A stretch of DNA of 64,000 bases, from the IMG/VR virus record IMGVR_UViG_3300032007_000065, positions 13,898 to 77,897 of that record; one strand, written 5' to 3'. Below the pieces are notes generated by a model. It made no database searches. It was not told the origin of the DNA and saw only the letters and a list, made by a program, of their open reading frames with translations. Below are positions 43,440 through 52,599 of the stretch, piece by piece. Made by a program: the position numbers and the translations under genes. The DNA is from a virus (taxonomy: Duplodnaviria > Caudoviricetes). Position 1 is the stretch's first letter. Every line of letters starts with the position of its first letter.

Positions 43440-44084
43440 ATGGCAAAGAAAAACGAAACCCACCGCATCAGACGACGCGAACTCAATGCCACTCGTGTCG
43501 TCGAAACCAATGATTCTCCAGAGGAACGGTTCGCCAACATTCGGAAGACCATCGACAACTTCATGGCCGAGAGTCACCATCATGACGGCATCGGCGACTG
43601 GTACGTCCACGAGTTCATTCGGAAGTTCCGGACTCGTTGGGCCGGCGACATGGAGAACTTCCAGGAGGTGCTCATTGCAAATTTCGTCGGCGGCTACTGT
43701 CTCATGTTCGCCAGGATTCTCCAGATGACATTCGACAACCGGGGCACCATTGGGCTCATGTACCCGTACAGCCATGTCGTCTGGAGAGACCGAGACAACA
43801 TCCTCTGGGACATCCGTGGCCGCTACCGTGACGACGGCGAAGACTCGTATCCGAGTGTCTTCATCCCAATCTCATATGTGCCAGACTGTGGCATCGCGGC
43901 TCTGGAGCATCGGACCGACACCGACGATGAAATCGACCACGGCAACTGGGAACTGACTACATTCATGATGTGGTCAAACGACTATCCCGAAGAGTCCAGA
44001 CGCTACCGTGCAATCCGCGACCGATGGCTTCTCGAGAAAGGTCCGGATAGCGACTTCCGACGACTCAAGGAAGCGGTGCAGTGA
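43440..44084 (+). CDS. hypothetical protein
   Basis: GAAAGGAGG SD. Confidence 0.75.
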   Translation: MAKKNETHRIRRRELNATRVVETNDSPEERFANIRKTIDNFMAESHHHDGIGDWYVHEFIRKFRTRWAGDMENFQEVLIANFVGGYCLMFARILQMTFDNRGTIGLMYPYSHVVWRDRDNILWDIRGRYRDDGEDSYPSVFIPISYVPDCGIAALEHRTDTDDEIDHGNWELTTFMMWSNDYPEESRRYRAIRDRWLLEKGPDSDFRRLKEAVQ

Positions 44085-44464
44085 CCAGAGACATTATCCT
44101 TCCAGACGAAAAGAAACTCGAGTCTCGGGGTGCCGTGTCGAAGATCCACTTCTCGAACTGCATCGTCGAGGCCCTGGTTCAGAAACTCAGAAACCCGAAG
44201 CTCCGGCTTCGGGTATTTCCTGCCCGTTACAACGCCGTCCCGTTTCCCCACATCTACTGGCAGGACGACAACTACGACTACGACTTCACCGGCATCTACT
44301 GGGTGCCCTGGTATCGGCGTCTCTGGTACCGAGGCTTCACCCGTCGTCGCGACCATGGTTACATCGAGAAACTCAAGTACGCCAAGATCGCACTGCGGAA
44401 GCGGGAGCAAATCAGAAGAAAGCAAAAGATCCATGCCAAAATAAATTCTATTTTCAGGAGGTAA
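44081..44464 (+). CDS. hypothetical basic protein
   Basis: GTG start overlapping the previous stop. Confidence 0.6.
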   Translation: MTRDIILPDEKKLESRGAVSKIHFSNCIVEALVQKLRNPKLRLRVFPARYNAVPFPHIYWQDDNYDYDFTGIYWVPWYRRLWYRGFTRRRDHGYIEKLKYAKIALRKREQIRRKQKIHAKINSIFRR

Positions 44465-44470
44465 CACACC

Positions 44471-45313
44471 ATGGCATTCGAAATCAATATTAACAACAAG
44501 ACCAGTCTGTCGACAAAGGACCTCGCCGCCAAGATTCACTACAGCTTGGTTGGCTGCCCGGCCTACGTCGACAACGACATCCTTCTCCACCAGCCCGACG
44601 AGACCGACCCCAAGGACACTATCCTGCTGCTCTTAAACGGTGAGCGTGCCAGTTCCCCGGAACCCCTGAATCCCCAGGTGACGCTCAACATCGACGTTAC
44701 CGACGCCGACGTCAGCTTCATGGATCTCAATAAAGTCAGGGAGAACTGGGCCAATGTCAAGGCGGATTACGACAAACACGACGCCATCAAGGAGAAGCAG
44801 GCCAGACTCCATGATGCGGTTGCGGCATGGCTGACGGAACACTGCGAGCACGACATTTGGTCCGCAACACCGGAGGGCCAGCTCTACGACGCATACATTG
44901 CCAGTATCCGAGACACCAATGCAACCATTCCGACCCGTCTCGAATTCTCCATTGCCTGCATCGACGCCTTCCTAAAGCGCGACGTCCTCATGTGCGACGG
45001 CGATGTCGATGTCGAGCTCTTCGATACGGATATGGTGACTCGTCTTTGGGAGAACGTCCTCTATGATGATGGCTCTCTCGACGGGCTCGAGTTGACCGCC
45101 GTAGTCCGGAATAAGGAGAAGGCCGACTACGACAGCATGTCCATCGATGAGCGTTGGGCCACGTTTACCAGAGACATGACCGATGAGGAGAAGGCCATCT
45201 GGCTCGACAGGGACGGCAAGCGGAAGGGCTTCGACTATCCCATCACCATCGAAGAGGACGACCAGCTCAAGAAGAAGTTTGCCGAGCTCCACGCCCTCAG
45301 AAAGGACGACTGA
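44471..45313 (+). CDS. hypothetical protein
   Basis: GGAGGT SD; central domain duplicated in the next gene. Confidence 0.75.
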   Translation: MAFEININNKTSLSTKDLAAKIHYSLVGCPAYVDNDILLHQPDETDPKDTILLLLNGERASSPEPLNPQVTLNIDVTDADVSFMDLNKVRENWANVKADYDKHDAIKEKQARLHDAVAAWLTEHCEHDIWSATPEGQLYDAYIASIRDTNATIPTRLEFSIACIDAFLKRDVLMCDGDVDVELFDTDMVTRLWENVLYDDGSLDGLELTAVVRNKEKADYDSMSIDERWATFTRDMTDEEKAIWLDRDGKRKGFDYPITIEEDDQLKKKFAELHALRKDD

Positions 45314-45317
45314 GACA

Positions 45318-45650
45318 ATGTTGAAGAAGGAAAGGCTGGCCAAGCTTCACGACTCTGTAGCAGAATGGCTATCGGAGAACTGCGAACACGATCCTGAATC
45401 CTCCACTCCGGAGGGCCGGCTCTACGATGCCTATGTCGCCAGCATTCGTAACGACGCCAATGCAACTGTCCCGTCCCGTGAAGAATTCTCCATCGCCTGT
45501 ATCGACGCCTTCCTGAAGCGCGACGCCCTCATGTGCGGCGGTGACGTCGATGTCGAGCTCTACGATACGGATCTGACGAATCGTCTCTGGATGAACGTCC
45601 TCTACATGTCGTGGAAGAACGCCGTCAATGAATTCAAGGAGGATAAATGA
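45318..45650 (+). CDS. hypothetical protein, partial duplicate of the preceding gene
   Basis: AAGGA SD; shares EFSIACIDAFLKRD and DVDVEL blocks with the preceding gene. Confidence 0.7.
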   Translation: MLKKERLAKLHDSVAEWLSENCEHDPESSTPEGRLYDAYVASIRNDANATVPSREEFSIACIDAFLKRDALMCGGDVDVELYDTDLTNRLWMNVLYMSWKNAVNEFKEDK

Positions 45651-45651
45651 A

Positions 45652-46026
45652 ATGCTGAAAGTCGTATTCAACAACTGCAGTGGCTTCAAGACCGAAGCCC
45701 TCTACGACAAGATGGTCGCAGCACTTGGCGACATCTTCGGAGAATTCCAGGAGCACAACCGTTTCGAACTGATCTGCGATGAGAACGACGAAACCATCAC
45801 GATGCAGTTCAACACCGACTACGAAGGTAATCCGGGCGGTCCGGAATTGACACTGTTCGTGCCCATCGAAGATGATGATTCGATCGACGAAGTCACTCCC
45901 GCCGAAGCCAGAGAACTCGACCGGATCTACGGCGACGACGCACCCGACGAAGAGGACGACGTTGCTCGAAACAATGTCCTTGCCATGATGCAGCTGGAGG
46001 ACGAAGACCGCGACAACTGGGACTGA
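45652..46026 (+). CDS. hypothetical acidic protein
   Basis: GGAGG SD. Confidence 0.7.
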   Translation: MLKVVFNNCSGFKTEALYDKMVAALGDIFGEFQEHNRFELICDENDETITMQFNTDYEGNPGGPELTLFVPIEDDDSIDEVTPAEARELDRIYGDDAPDEEDDVARNNVLAMMQLEDEDRDNWD

Positions 46027-46037
46027 GTTCCAGACAC

Positions 46038-46073
46038 AAAAAGAAAGAGAGCGTCGCGCTCTCTTTCTTTTTT
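46038..46073. terminator. bidirectional intrinsic terminator
   Basis: AAAAAGAAAGAGAGCG-TCG-CGCTCTCTTTCTTTTTT. Confidence 0.85.
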
Positions 46074-46085
46074 GCTTAGATTTGC

Positions 46086-48104
46086 TTAGATGACGTCGGC
46101 CAACACCGGTACGAACAACGGATCCAGATGGGACGGCGCCGATGCCTGGTAGAGCGCAGTCGACGTCAGAGCCTTCTTCAGCCACCCAGAGCTCAACCGA
46201 ATCATCGGACTCGGGTTCTTGCTGAGGCTCGTCGTCAGTCTCAAGATGACGTAGTCCTCATGGTCTCCGTTCGGACCGAAGTCCGGCTGCTCCAGTTCAT
46301 TGTCGCGCTTTCGCAGCAGCGCTCTAGCCACCATCTCCAGATGGACCAGATTGTAGTTGATGCCTGCATCCATCATGATCTCGGCGTACTTCTGGCAGAA
46401 GCCGTCGATGTCATAGAGATAGCCCATGTGGTCCTTGCTGTCGAGAATCTGAGTAATTTGCTGAATCGACTGGGACACCGCCTTCGACTTGATCTCGATG
46501 TTGAACAGCACCGGGCTCTCGTCGTCGTCGGCATAGTCATCGAGAATGTCCAGCGGAATGGGACGATCCCGATACTGCTTCCAGATCGCAGTCATGGTCT
46601 TGGAGAAGTAGAGTTTGAAGCCGTGCTCCTCCTGGACATGGGCCTTCAGCTCCCCGTTATAGTCGATAAGATTGAATTCTTCGATGTAGTAGGCGTCGCC
46701 GTCCTCCGTCTCTTCGGTATGGACCTCGCCAAGCAAAATCATCAGAGAATCTTCAACCGAATCGGAAACCGTCACTTCGGTGGCGGTGATGTCGAAGCTC
46801 TTGTAGAACTCTTCGGCAAATGTAATTTCGTCAGAGTGTGTTTCCTGAAAATGTTTCTGTTTTAGAACCAGCTGACCGGTGGGCTCCGAGACAACCGTGG
46901 CAGCGAACGATCCCGGGCTGAAGAGATCCATATTGATGTCAAAGAGTTTCTCACCATAGCAGGCTCTGCAGACGCCGTCCTTCGATGTGCAGGTACAGGG
47001 AGAACGGAATCCGATGCGCTTGCCGATGAGCTGTGTGTCTTTGAATCCGTCGAGAATTTTCTCCTGACCCTCCTCATCGTAGTAGGTTCTACCGTCGAGC
47101 AGTTTCAGGAAAATCTCGTCCTTGATGTTGTAGTAGATGGGTCGAGTCGAGTTACAGACCTCGCGGTCTTTCCTCAGCACGACCGACGTCGCGTTGTTGT
47201 TCATCTTCTTCGACAGGGCACCGGGCTTCGACATAGACAGTTTCATGTCCATGAGAGCCTTTCGTCCGCCGGCGGCACCGGTGTAGAATCCAGCCGGGGT
47301 GTCGATACCGGTGATCAGCAGGTTGCTGCCGATGAACCAGGGAATCGTTCTCGAGCTGATGTCCGCCTTGTAGCCGACGTGGAGGAAGATCTCCTTGACC
47401 TGAGCCGGTGTCAGGTTCTTGCCGGACTTGATGAGTGGCTTCAGGTCGGAGTCGCTGTTTCCGAACGCCTTGATGAGTCGCGTCGTCATGTCGTTCAGAT
47501 CGTCTTCGATCTCTTTCGCCTGACGCGTCGAGTCAAAGTCGCTGTACATGAGGTCGTGAATCTCGGGGTTTGCCTTTTCGGCCTGCATGATGTCCCAGAT
47601 GGACGCCGAGTAGCCGAAGATGAGGCAGAAGGTGTCGGAAATGGCTCTGATGTGGAAGATGATTTCGTCAATAATGGCATTGAGCGTGTGGAAGTCACCG
47701 TCGTAAGCAGGAATGATCTGGTTGTCGATGATGTCGCCAATGTCCTGGACGGACTTGTCCCTCCAGTCGATGACGCGGCTCTCGTCCAACAGATCGGTCC
47801 TCTCCATCTTCATGTAGGCGTACCAGATGACCATGTTCGACAGGAAGTGGCGACACTGCAGGGTGTAGATCGTCGCGTTCTTCTGGTCGAGGTCCGACTG
47901 GTGGAAGACAAAGTTGATCGGAAACTCGCGGACCTCCTTGTACTCGAGCCCGTACTTCAGGAAGTCGAGAATGTCCTGGTAGACGTACGAATAGGTGTCG
48001 TCGTCCAACAGTACATCTTCGAGCACGAGCGTCTTCGTCGAGTAGGTCTTGACGAGTTCCTTGAATGGTTTCTTCGGGTGGCCCTTGTAATCGATTGTGA
48101 TCAT
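46086..48104 (-). CDS. RNA polymerase beta-prime subunit, C-terminal part (split phage RNAP)
   Basis: Bridge-helix-like SKPGALSKKM, Zn site FRSPCTC..GVCRACYG, SEPTGQLVLKQKH trigger-loop region. Confidence 0.85.
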   Translation of the reverse strand: MITIDYKGHPKKPFKELVKTYSTKTLVLEDVLLDDDTYSYVYQDILDFLKYGLEYKEVREFPINFVFHQSDLDQKNATIYTLQCRHFLSNMVIWYAYMKMERTDLLDESRVIDWRDKSVQDIGDIIDNQIIPAYDGDFHTLNAIIDEIIFHIRAISDTFCLIFGYSASIWDIMQAEKANPEIHDLMYSDFDSTRQAKEIEDDLNDMTTRLIKAFGNSDSDLKPLIKSGKNLTPAQVKEIFLHVGYKADISSRTIPWFIGSNLLITGIDTPAGFYTGAAGGRKALMDMKLSMSKPGALSKKMNNNATSVVLRKDREVCNSTRPIYYNIKDEIFLKLLDGRTYYDEEGQEKILDGFKDTQLIGKRIGFRSPCTCTSKDGVCRACYGEKLFDINMDLFSPGSFAATVVSEPTGQLVLKQKHFQETHSDEITFAEEFYKSFDITATEVTVSDSVEDSLMILLGEVHTEETEDGDAYYIEEFNLIDYNGELKAHVQEEHGFKLYFSKTMTAIWKQYRDRPIPLDILDDYADDDESPVLFNIEIKSKAVSQSIQQITQILDSKDHMGYLYDIDGFCQKYAEIMMDAGINYNLVHLEMVARALLRKRDNELEQPDFGPNGDHEDYVILRLTTSLSKNPSPMIRLSSGWLKKALTSTALYQASAPSHLDPLFVPVLADVI

Positions 48105-48179
48105 GCTACTCCTCCTTCGATTGACAAATTTATGGTCTGTCAGTTGACCGATGAGTTTCTATTCTGCGGATCCCAATAT

Positions 48180-48218
48180 AAAAGAGAGAAGAGTCGAAAC
48201 TCTTCTCTCTTTCTTTTT
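48180..48218 (-). terminator. intrinsic terminator after groEL
   Basis: AAAGAGAGAAGAG-TCGAAA-CTCTTCTCTCTTT. Confidence 0.7.
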
Positions 48219-48220
48219 GG

Positions 48221-50407
48221 TCAGTGGGCCTCACCGGAATCGGTTCTGCCGATCGTCGTGGTGTAGTCGGGAGTGTGGTGCTGGTATCCGGTGCCGGTCG
48301 ACTGGACCTCGGGTTCGATTGTTTGCAGTTCCCCGGTGATCCAGTTCTTGAACGGCTCGGCGATCTGTCGCATGAGACGGACAGCCAGGTCGTCCGGATG
48401 GGCGATGGCGTACTGCTCGACGGCATTGAAGATCGTCGACACCTGCTGGGTGGTGCCTCTGGCGTTGATGGCCTCCTGCTGACGAATGGCGGCAGCCTTG
48501 TCGTAGGCGCGGCTCACCGACAGGTACTGGTCCGACGTCAGGATCATGCCGAGAATCGACACGATGCCCTGGAGAATCTCGACGTCGGTGGCGACGGAGT
48601 TGCAGACGCTCGGGATGCGTCCGGTGCAACCCTCTTCCTTGACGATGTCGTAGCCAGTCCAGTAGCCGCGGTCCATGTAGTTCAGGATGACGGCCAGGAA
48701 CGGTTCCGACTCGTAGTCACTATAGTTGACAATGTGTAGACCGTCGGTCGTGTAGACGGGGCAGCGCCACATGGCCTTCTTGGAGTTCAGGATGCCGAGG
48801 GTGGTTCTCCAGAAGGCATTGTGGAAGACGCCGGCGACACTGCGCAGCATCCTTTGGTGTTCCGTCGTGTCGCCTTGGACGGTGAGCTCACCCATGACGT
48901 GGTGCATGGCCACGAGTGTGCCGAGGTTCATGCCGGCGACGACACCGGACTCGTAGGCGGAGCGACAGGCCCGGATGACGTCGTCGACGACGTCCATGTT
49001 GCAGGCGCGCTCCAGGTCGGAGACACCGCCGACGTGGATGACGCCAATGGTGCCGCGGAGCCGGTTGAGACGTTGAGACGCCTCCAGATAGTCCTTCATG
49101 AGGTCGGTGGGGCTCGATGCCGCCTTCTTCTTGGCGTCGTCGTAGTCCTTCTGGCACTGCTCCAGCAGAGCATTGTAGCGGACCCGATCCGTCGCATCGT
49201 CTTCGAGGTTGATGAACTTGCGACCGATGGTGACGTTGACAACCTCGCCGACGCAGGACTGCATCAGCTGCTGGGCCGTCGTGAACTGGTACTCGTCGAG
49301 TTTCGCAGCCGGGTCATTGATCTGCTCGTCGGCAGCCGCCGATGCGTTGTGGCGCAGCACCGTGAAGAGACGCACCTTGGTGGCATCGGTGATCGGCGTG
49401 TTGGCGATGACGGAGAAGTCGTGGAGAGCGTTGCGGGCGGCACTCCTCGTCAGTTCCGGCACCTGGAGAATCAGCATGCCCGGAATGGTGTTCGGGTACT
49501 TCTTCAGATGCTCGTTGACGGTGAGAGCGATCTGGCTCGAAATCAGATCATCGTAGTACGGCGCCATGATGATAATGGGCCGCCCGTTCTGGTTGGCGTA
49601 CTGGAGAATCGCCGAGATGAGCTCGCCGTGCTTCTGGTAGGTGACGTTGTGGTCGAAGATGACCATCATGTGCGGGTTGCCGTTGGAGCTGTAGTAGCCT
49701 TCGGCGGTGTTGCGGTAGCGCTCCGCCATGAGGAGAGAGGCGTCGATGCGGAAGCCGTTCTGGACCTCATGGGTGTAGCCAGTCTGGCCGCCGTCGCGAT
49801 CGACCATGATGTTCGGCTGACCGGTCTTCTTGTAGATGTCCTGGACAGCTCTGGCCAGTTCCTCATTGCCGTTCGACGACACGTATGCGACGTTGTAGAT
49901 GTCTTCGTAGGTCGGGTCTTCGTCGTCAGGATTCGGCACGACGTCGACGGCCATCTTCTGGAGCTCTTCGATGATGCGGTCGCGGACCTCCTGGAGGGAT
50001 CGGACGATGTCGGCCTGACGGGCGTTGCGGAGAACCGCGTCGCCTTCGAGAGCCTTCGTCAGCTCCTCCATGAAGTTGTCGGCAGTGACCATGGCAGTGG
50101 TGGTGCCGTCGCCTACTTTGTCGACAATGCGGAACGAGATGTTCTTCAGCATCGTGAAGATGGACTTGTGGGTCGGATCCTGGAACTCGAGACGGTTCAA
50201 CACCGTCCAACCGTCCTTGGTCGGATAGGTGAAGTGACCGTCATCGATGATGGTGGTGTGGGCGTAGGGACCGAGCGTCTTCGACACCACCTGGGCGGCG
50301 ATGTGCGAGATGGCCTTGATGGTCTCGTTGAACTCGTCGTGGTCGACGAGGTTCATGCCCATGCGGATTTGCTTCTCGAGATCGAAGATTTCGTTCTTGT
50401 CACTCAT
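48221..50407 (-). CDS. groEL: phage GroEL-like chaperonin (728 aa)
   Basis: VSKTLGP, TKDGWTVL, VGDGTTTA ATP-binding motif, IHVGG, GVVAG. Confidence 0.9.
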   Translation of the reverse strand: MSDKNEIFDLEKQIRMGMNLVDHDEFNETIKAISHIAAQVVSKTLGPYAHTTIIDDGHFTYPTKDGWTVLNRLEFQDPTHKSIFTMLKNISFRIVDKVGDGTTTAMVTADNFMEELTKALEGDAVLRNARQADIVRSLQEVRDRIIEELQKMAVDVVPNPDDEDPTYEDIYNVAYVSSNGNEELARAVQDIYKKTGQPNIMVDRDGGQTGYTHEVQNGFRIDASLLMAERYRNTAEGYYSSNGNPHMMVIFDHNVTYQKHGELISAILQYANQNGRPIIIMAPYYDDLISSQIALTVNEHLKKYPNTIPGMLILQVPELTRSAARNALHDFSVIANTPITDATKVRLFTVLRHNASAAADEQINDPAAKLDEYQFTTAQQLMQSCVGEVVNVTIGRKFINLEDDATDRVRYNALLEQCQKDYDDAKKKAASSPTDLMKDYLEASQRLNRLRGTIGVIHVGGVSDLERACNMDVVDDVIRACRSAYESGVVAGMNLGTLVAMHHVMGELTVQGDTTEHQRMLRSVAGVFHNAFWRTTLGILNSKKAMWRCPVYTTDGLHIVNYSDYESEPFLAVILNYMDRGYWTGYDIVKEEGCTGRIPSVCNSVATDVEILQGIVSILGMILTSDQYLSVSRAYDKAAAIRQQEAINARGTTQQVSTIFNAVEQYAIAHPDDLAVRLMRQIAEPFKNWITGELQTIEPEVQSTGTGYQHHTPDYTTTIGRTDSGEAH

Positions 50408-51225
50408 GGTTTCGAATCAGTCCTTTCGTTGGTGATGGGATCAATGGGTGTGAAGTACGGGTACATGTGGGCGACGACGCAGATGCGCTGCTCCTGGAGT
50501 TTCCGGAAGACGTCGTCGCCGACGTGGATGAAGTGACTCATCTGATTCTCCTTCGCCGGCAGAAGGTTGCCATAGCCTTCGACAACGACAATGTACTTGC
50601 CGACGAGACAGTCCCTGTTTCGTTCGACGACCTCTAGAACGTCGTCGCTGTTCGACAGGAACGCCGTCGTGATGTCGGGCAGTTCGAGAAGGACGTCCTT
50701 CGGGTCGTTCTCGAGACAGACGATCTTCTTGTCGACGGTGTCGGCTCCGAAGAGTGCCACCAGGTAGCTCTTCATTTCGTCGGTGAACTTCGGAGCCGTG
50801 ATGTAGATGTGCTTCACGAAGTCCTGGAGAGACAGCTGATGGAGAACCACTTCGAGTCTTGTGGTGTGGAGATAGTTCAGATGGAGCGGATACAGATACG
50901 TTTCGGCGTACTGTTTCAGCAGATCCTCCGACAGTTGTTTGTCGTTGTCCTTCAGCATCATGCGAAGGAACTCCCAGTGACGGTTGTACATGGACGACAT
51001 GGCGTAGCGGACGTCCTTCGACATCTTGACGAAGTCGTCGAGTGCCGGAAACAGCTTCGGAAGGAACGGCTCCGTCCTGGCAGCCGCCGCCAGATTGTGG
51101 AGGATCGACATGTTGGTGTTTTTGAGACAGCGATGGAATTCGACGAGGATGTACTCGTCGCGGTTGTCGGTGCCAATTGGCCGCAGCAGATCCGACGATA
51201 TGTCGGCTCTGTAGTCGTCCGGCAT
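50404..51225 (-). CDS. hypothetical protein
   Basis: 273 aa, overlaps the groEL start. Confidence 0.75.
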   Translation of the reverse strand: MPDDYRADISSDLLRPIGTDNRDEYILVEFHRCLKNTNMSILHNLAAAARTEPFLPKLFPALDDFVKMSKDVRYAMSSMYNRHWEFLRMMLKDNDKQLSEDLLKQYAETYLYPLHLNYLHTTRLEVVLHQLSLQDFVKHIYITAPKFTDEMKSYLVALFGADTVDKKIVCLENDPKDVLLELPDITTAFLSNSDDVLEVVERNRDCLVGKYIVVVEGYGNLLPAKENQMSHFIHVGDDVFRKLQEQRICVVAHMYPYFTPIDPITNERTDSKP

Positions 51226-51295
51226 GGTGGACCAGCTCCTTTCGAATTGAGAAAAAGAAAGAGCGGCGAAGTCGCCGCCCTTTCCCGAGAGACCC

Positions 51296-52306
51296 TTAGG
51301 ATGCCATCAGTTCATCGAGCGACGTCAGCGGTTGAACCGGCGTCGTGGAACCGTGGCCGACCTGGGACTCGTTGACCTTGACGTCCTGCAACTGAACGCT
51401 GCCGATGGTCGGCGTCGACGGCCTGGTCAGGGCTGCGACTTCAGCGTTTGCAGGGAGATCAAAAGGGCTGTTTTCTCCGGCTCCGGTGAAGTTGTCGGAG
51501 ACGAACTGCTGGATGTTGGCCGGAGGCGCAGCGTAGCCGGGCGCAGTGGCGCCGCCGAACTGGCCGCCGCCGAATCCGCCGCCGTAGCCACCTCCGTAGC
51601 CGCCGTAGCCGCTGTCGGGACCGGAGCCACGGAACGAACCGAACTGCATGGCGTTGACGTTGAGCTTCTGGGCGATGCCACGGACATAGGATGCCGTCAT
51701 GTCGGTGATCCATGCGGAGGCGCGCTTGTTGCCGTGGCCGGCAGCTGCTGTCATGGCCTCACTGAAGCTGCGCAATGCTTCGACGACGACGAAGAGCTGG
51801 CCCTCGGCCGGGAAGACGGTGTAGGATCCGGTGTTCGGATTGTACTCGTCGATCATGGCGGTCTGCTCGAACATGAAGCTGTACTGCTCGGAGCAGACCT
51901 TGTCGGCAGCGGTGTTCATGAAGATGGTGAAGACCGCACGACCGCCGACGTAGGAGAAGCCGGCCAGATTGGTGCCCTCGCGATTCAGAGGCACGACGAC
52001 GTGGCCAATGTGATCCTTACCGGCTTCGATGTCCGGGAGGATCTTCTTCATGAAGCCGTCGTAGAGGGCGCGAGCCAGATGGGCCTTGAACGACGCCGTA
52101 TGGCCGAGCTCACGCGGCCAACGCGGACGCCCACCGTTCGGGTCCTGGACTCTGGGGATGATGGTCAGGAACATGGAGTCCCCGGCAAAGCCGATACGCA
52201 GCATGGTGCTGTCGGCAGAAAAGACGGCGAGGCCGCTCGTGTTGACTTCGTTGCCACGGGTGGAGGTGCCACCTGCAACGACGCCTTGCATACCAAATTC
52301 GGGCAT
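51296..52306 (-). CDS. hypothetical protein with Gly-rich low-complexity linker (possible ssDNA-binding protein)
   Basis: GAAAGGAG SD; beta-rich N-terminal domain, GGYGGGYGGGFGGGQFGG tract, short C-terminal LDELM motif. The SSB role is a guess. Confidence 0.6.
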   Translation of the reverse strand: MPEFGMQGVVAGGTSTRGNEVNTSGLAVFSADSTMLRIGFAGDSMFLTIIPRVQDPNGGRPRWPRELGHTASFKAHLARALYDGFMKKILPDIEAGKDHIGHVVVPLNREGTNLAGFSYVGGRAVFTIFMNTAADKVCSEQYSFMFEQTAMIDEYNPNTGSYTVFPAEGQLFVVVEALRSFSEAMTAAAGHGNKRASAWITDMTASYVRGIAQKLNVNAMQFGSFRGSGPDSGYGGYGGGYGGGFGGGQFGGATAPGYAAPPANIQQFVSDNFTGAGENSPFDLPANAEVAALTRPSTPTIGSVQLQDVKVNESQVGHGSTTPVQPLTSLDELMAS

Positions 52307-52423
52307 GGTATTGTGCTCCTTTCTAAAATCGATTAGTGCGGTTGTTAATGGTGTGAGATGCTTTCAAACGAACCGACTGACTGGAGGTACAACACCATGA
52401 GATGCGGTTGTGTTTTTCTACGC

Positions 52424-52458
52424 AAAAAGAAAGGAGTCCGGAGACTCTTTTCTCTTTC
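52424..52458 (-). terminator. terminator closing the pentamer array
   Basis: Minus strand AAAGAGTCTCCGGACTCCTTT followed by CTTTTT. Confidence 0.7.
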
Positions 52459-52599
52459 TCTCGACCGAAGTCGAGGCCATTGGGATGACAGGCATAGGGA
52501 TCGAAATGCGTCTCATTCCGACGTCATCGCCATGATGCTGCCCGACCTGGTAGTGGAGCACTATTCCACTACTCCACGAAACAGTGGAACGCTTTTCCA

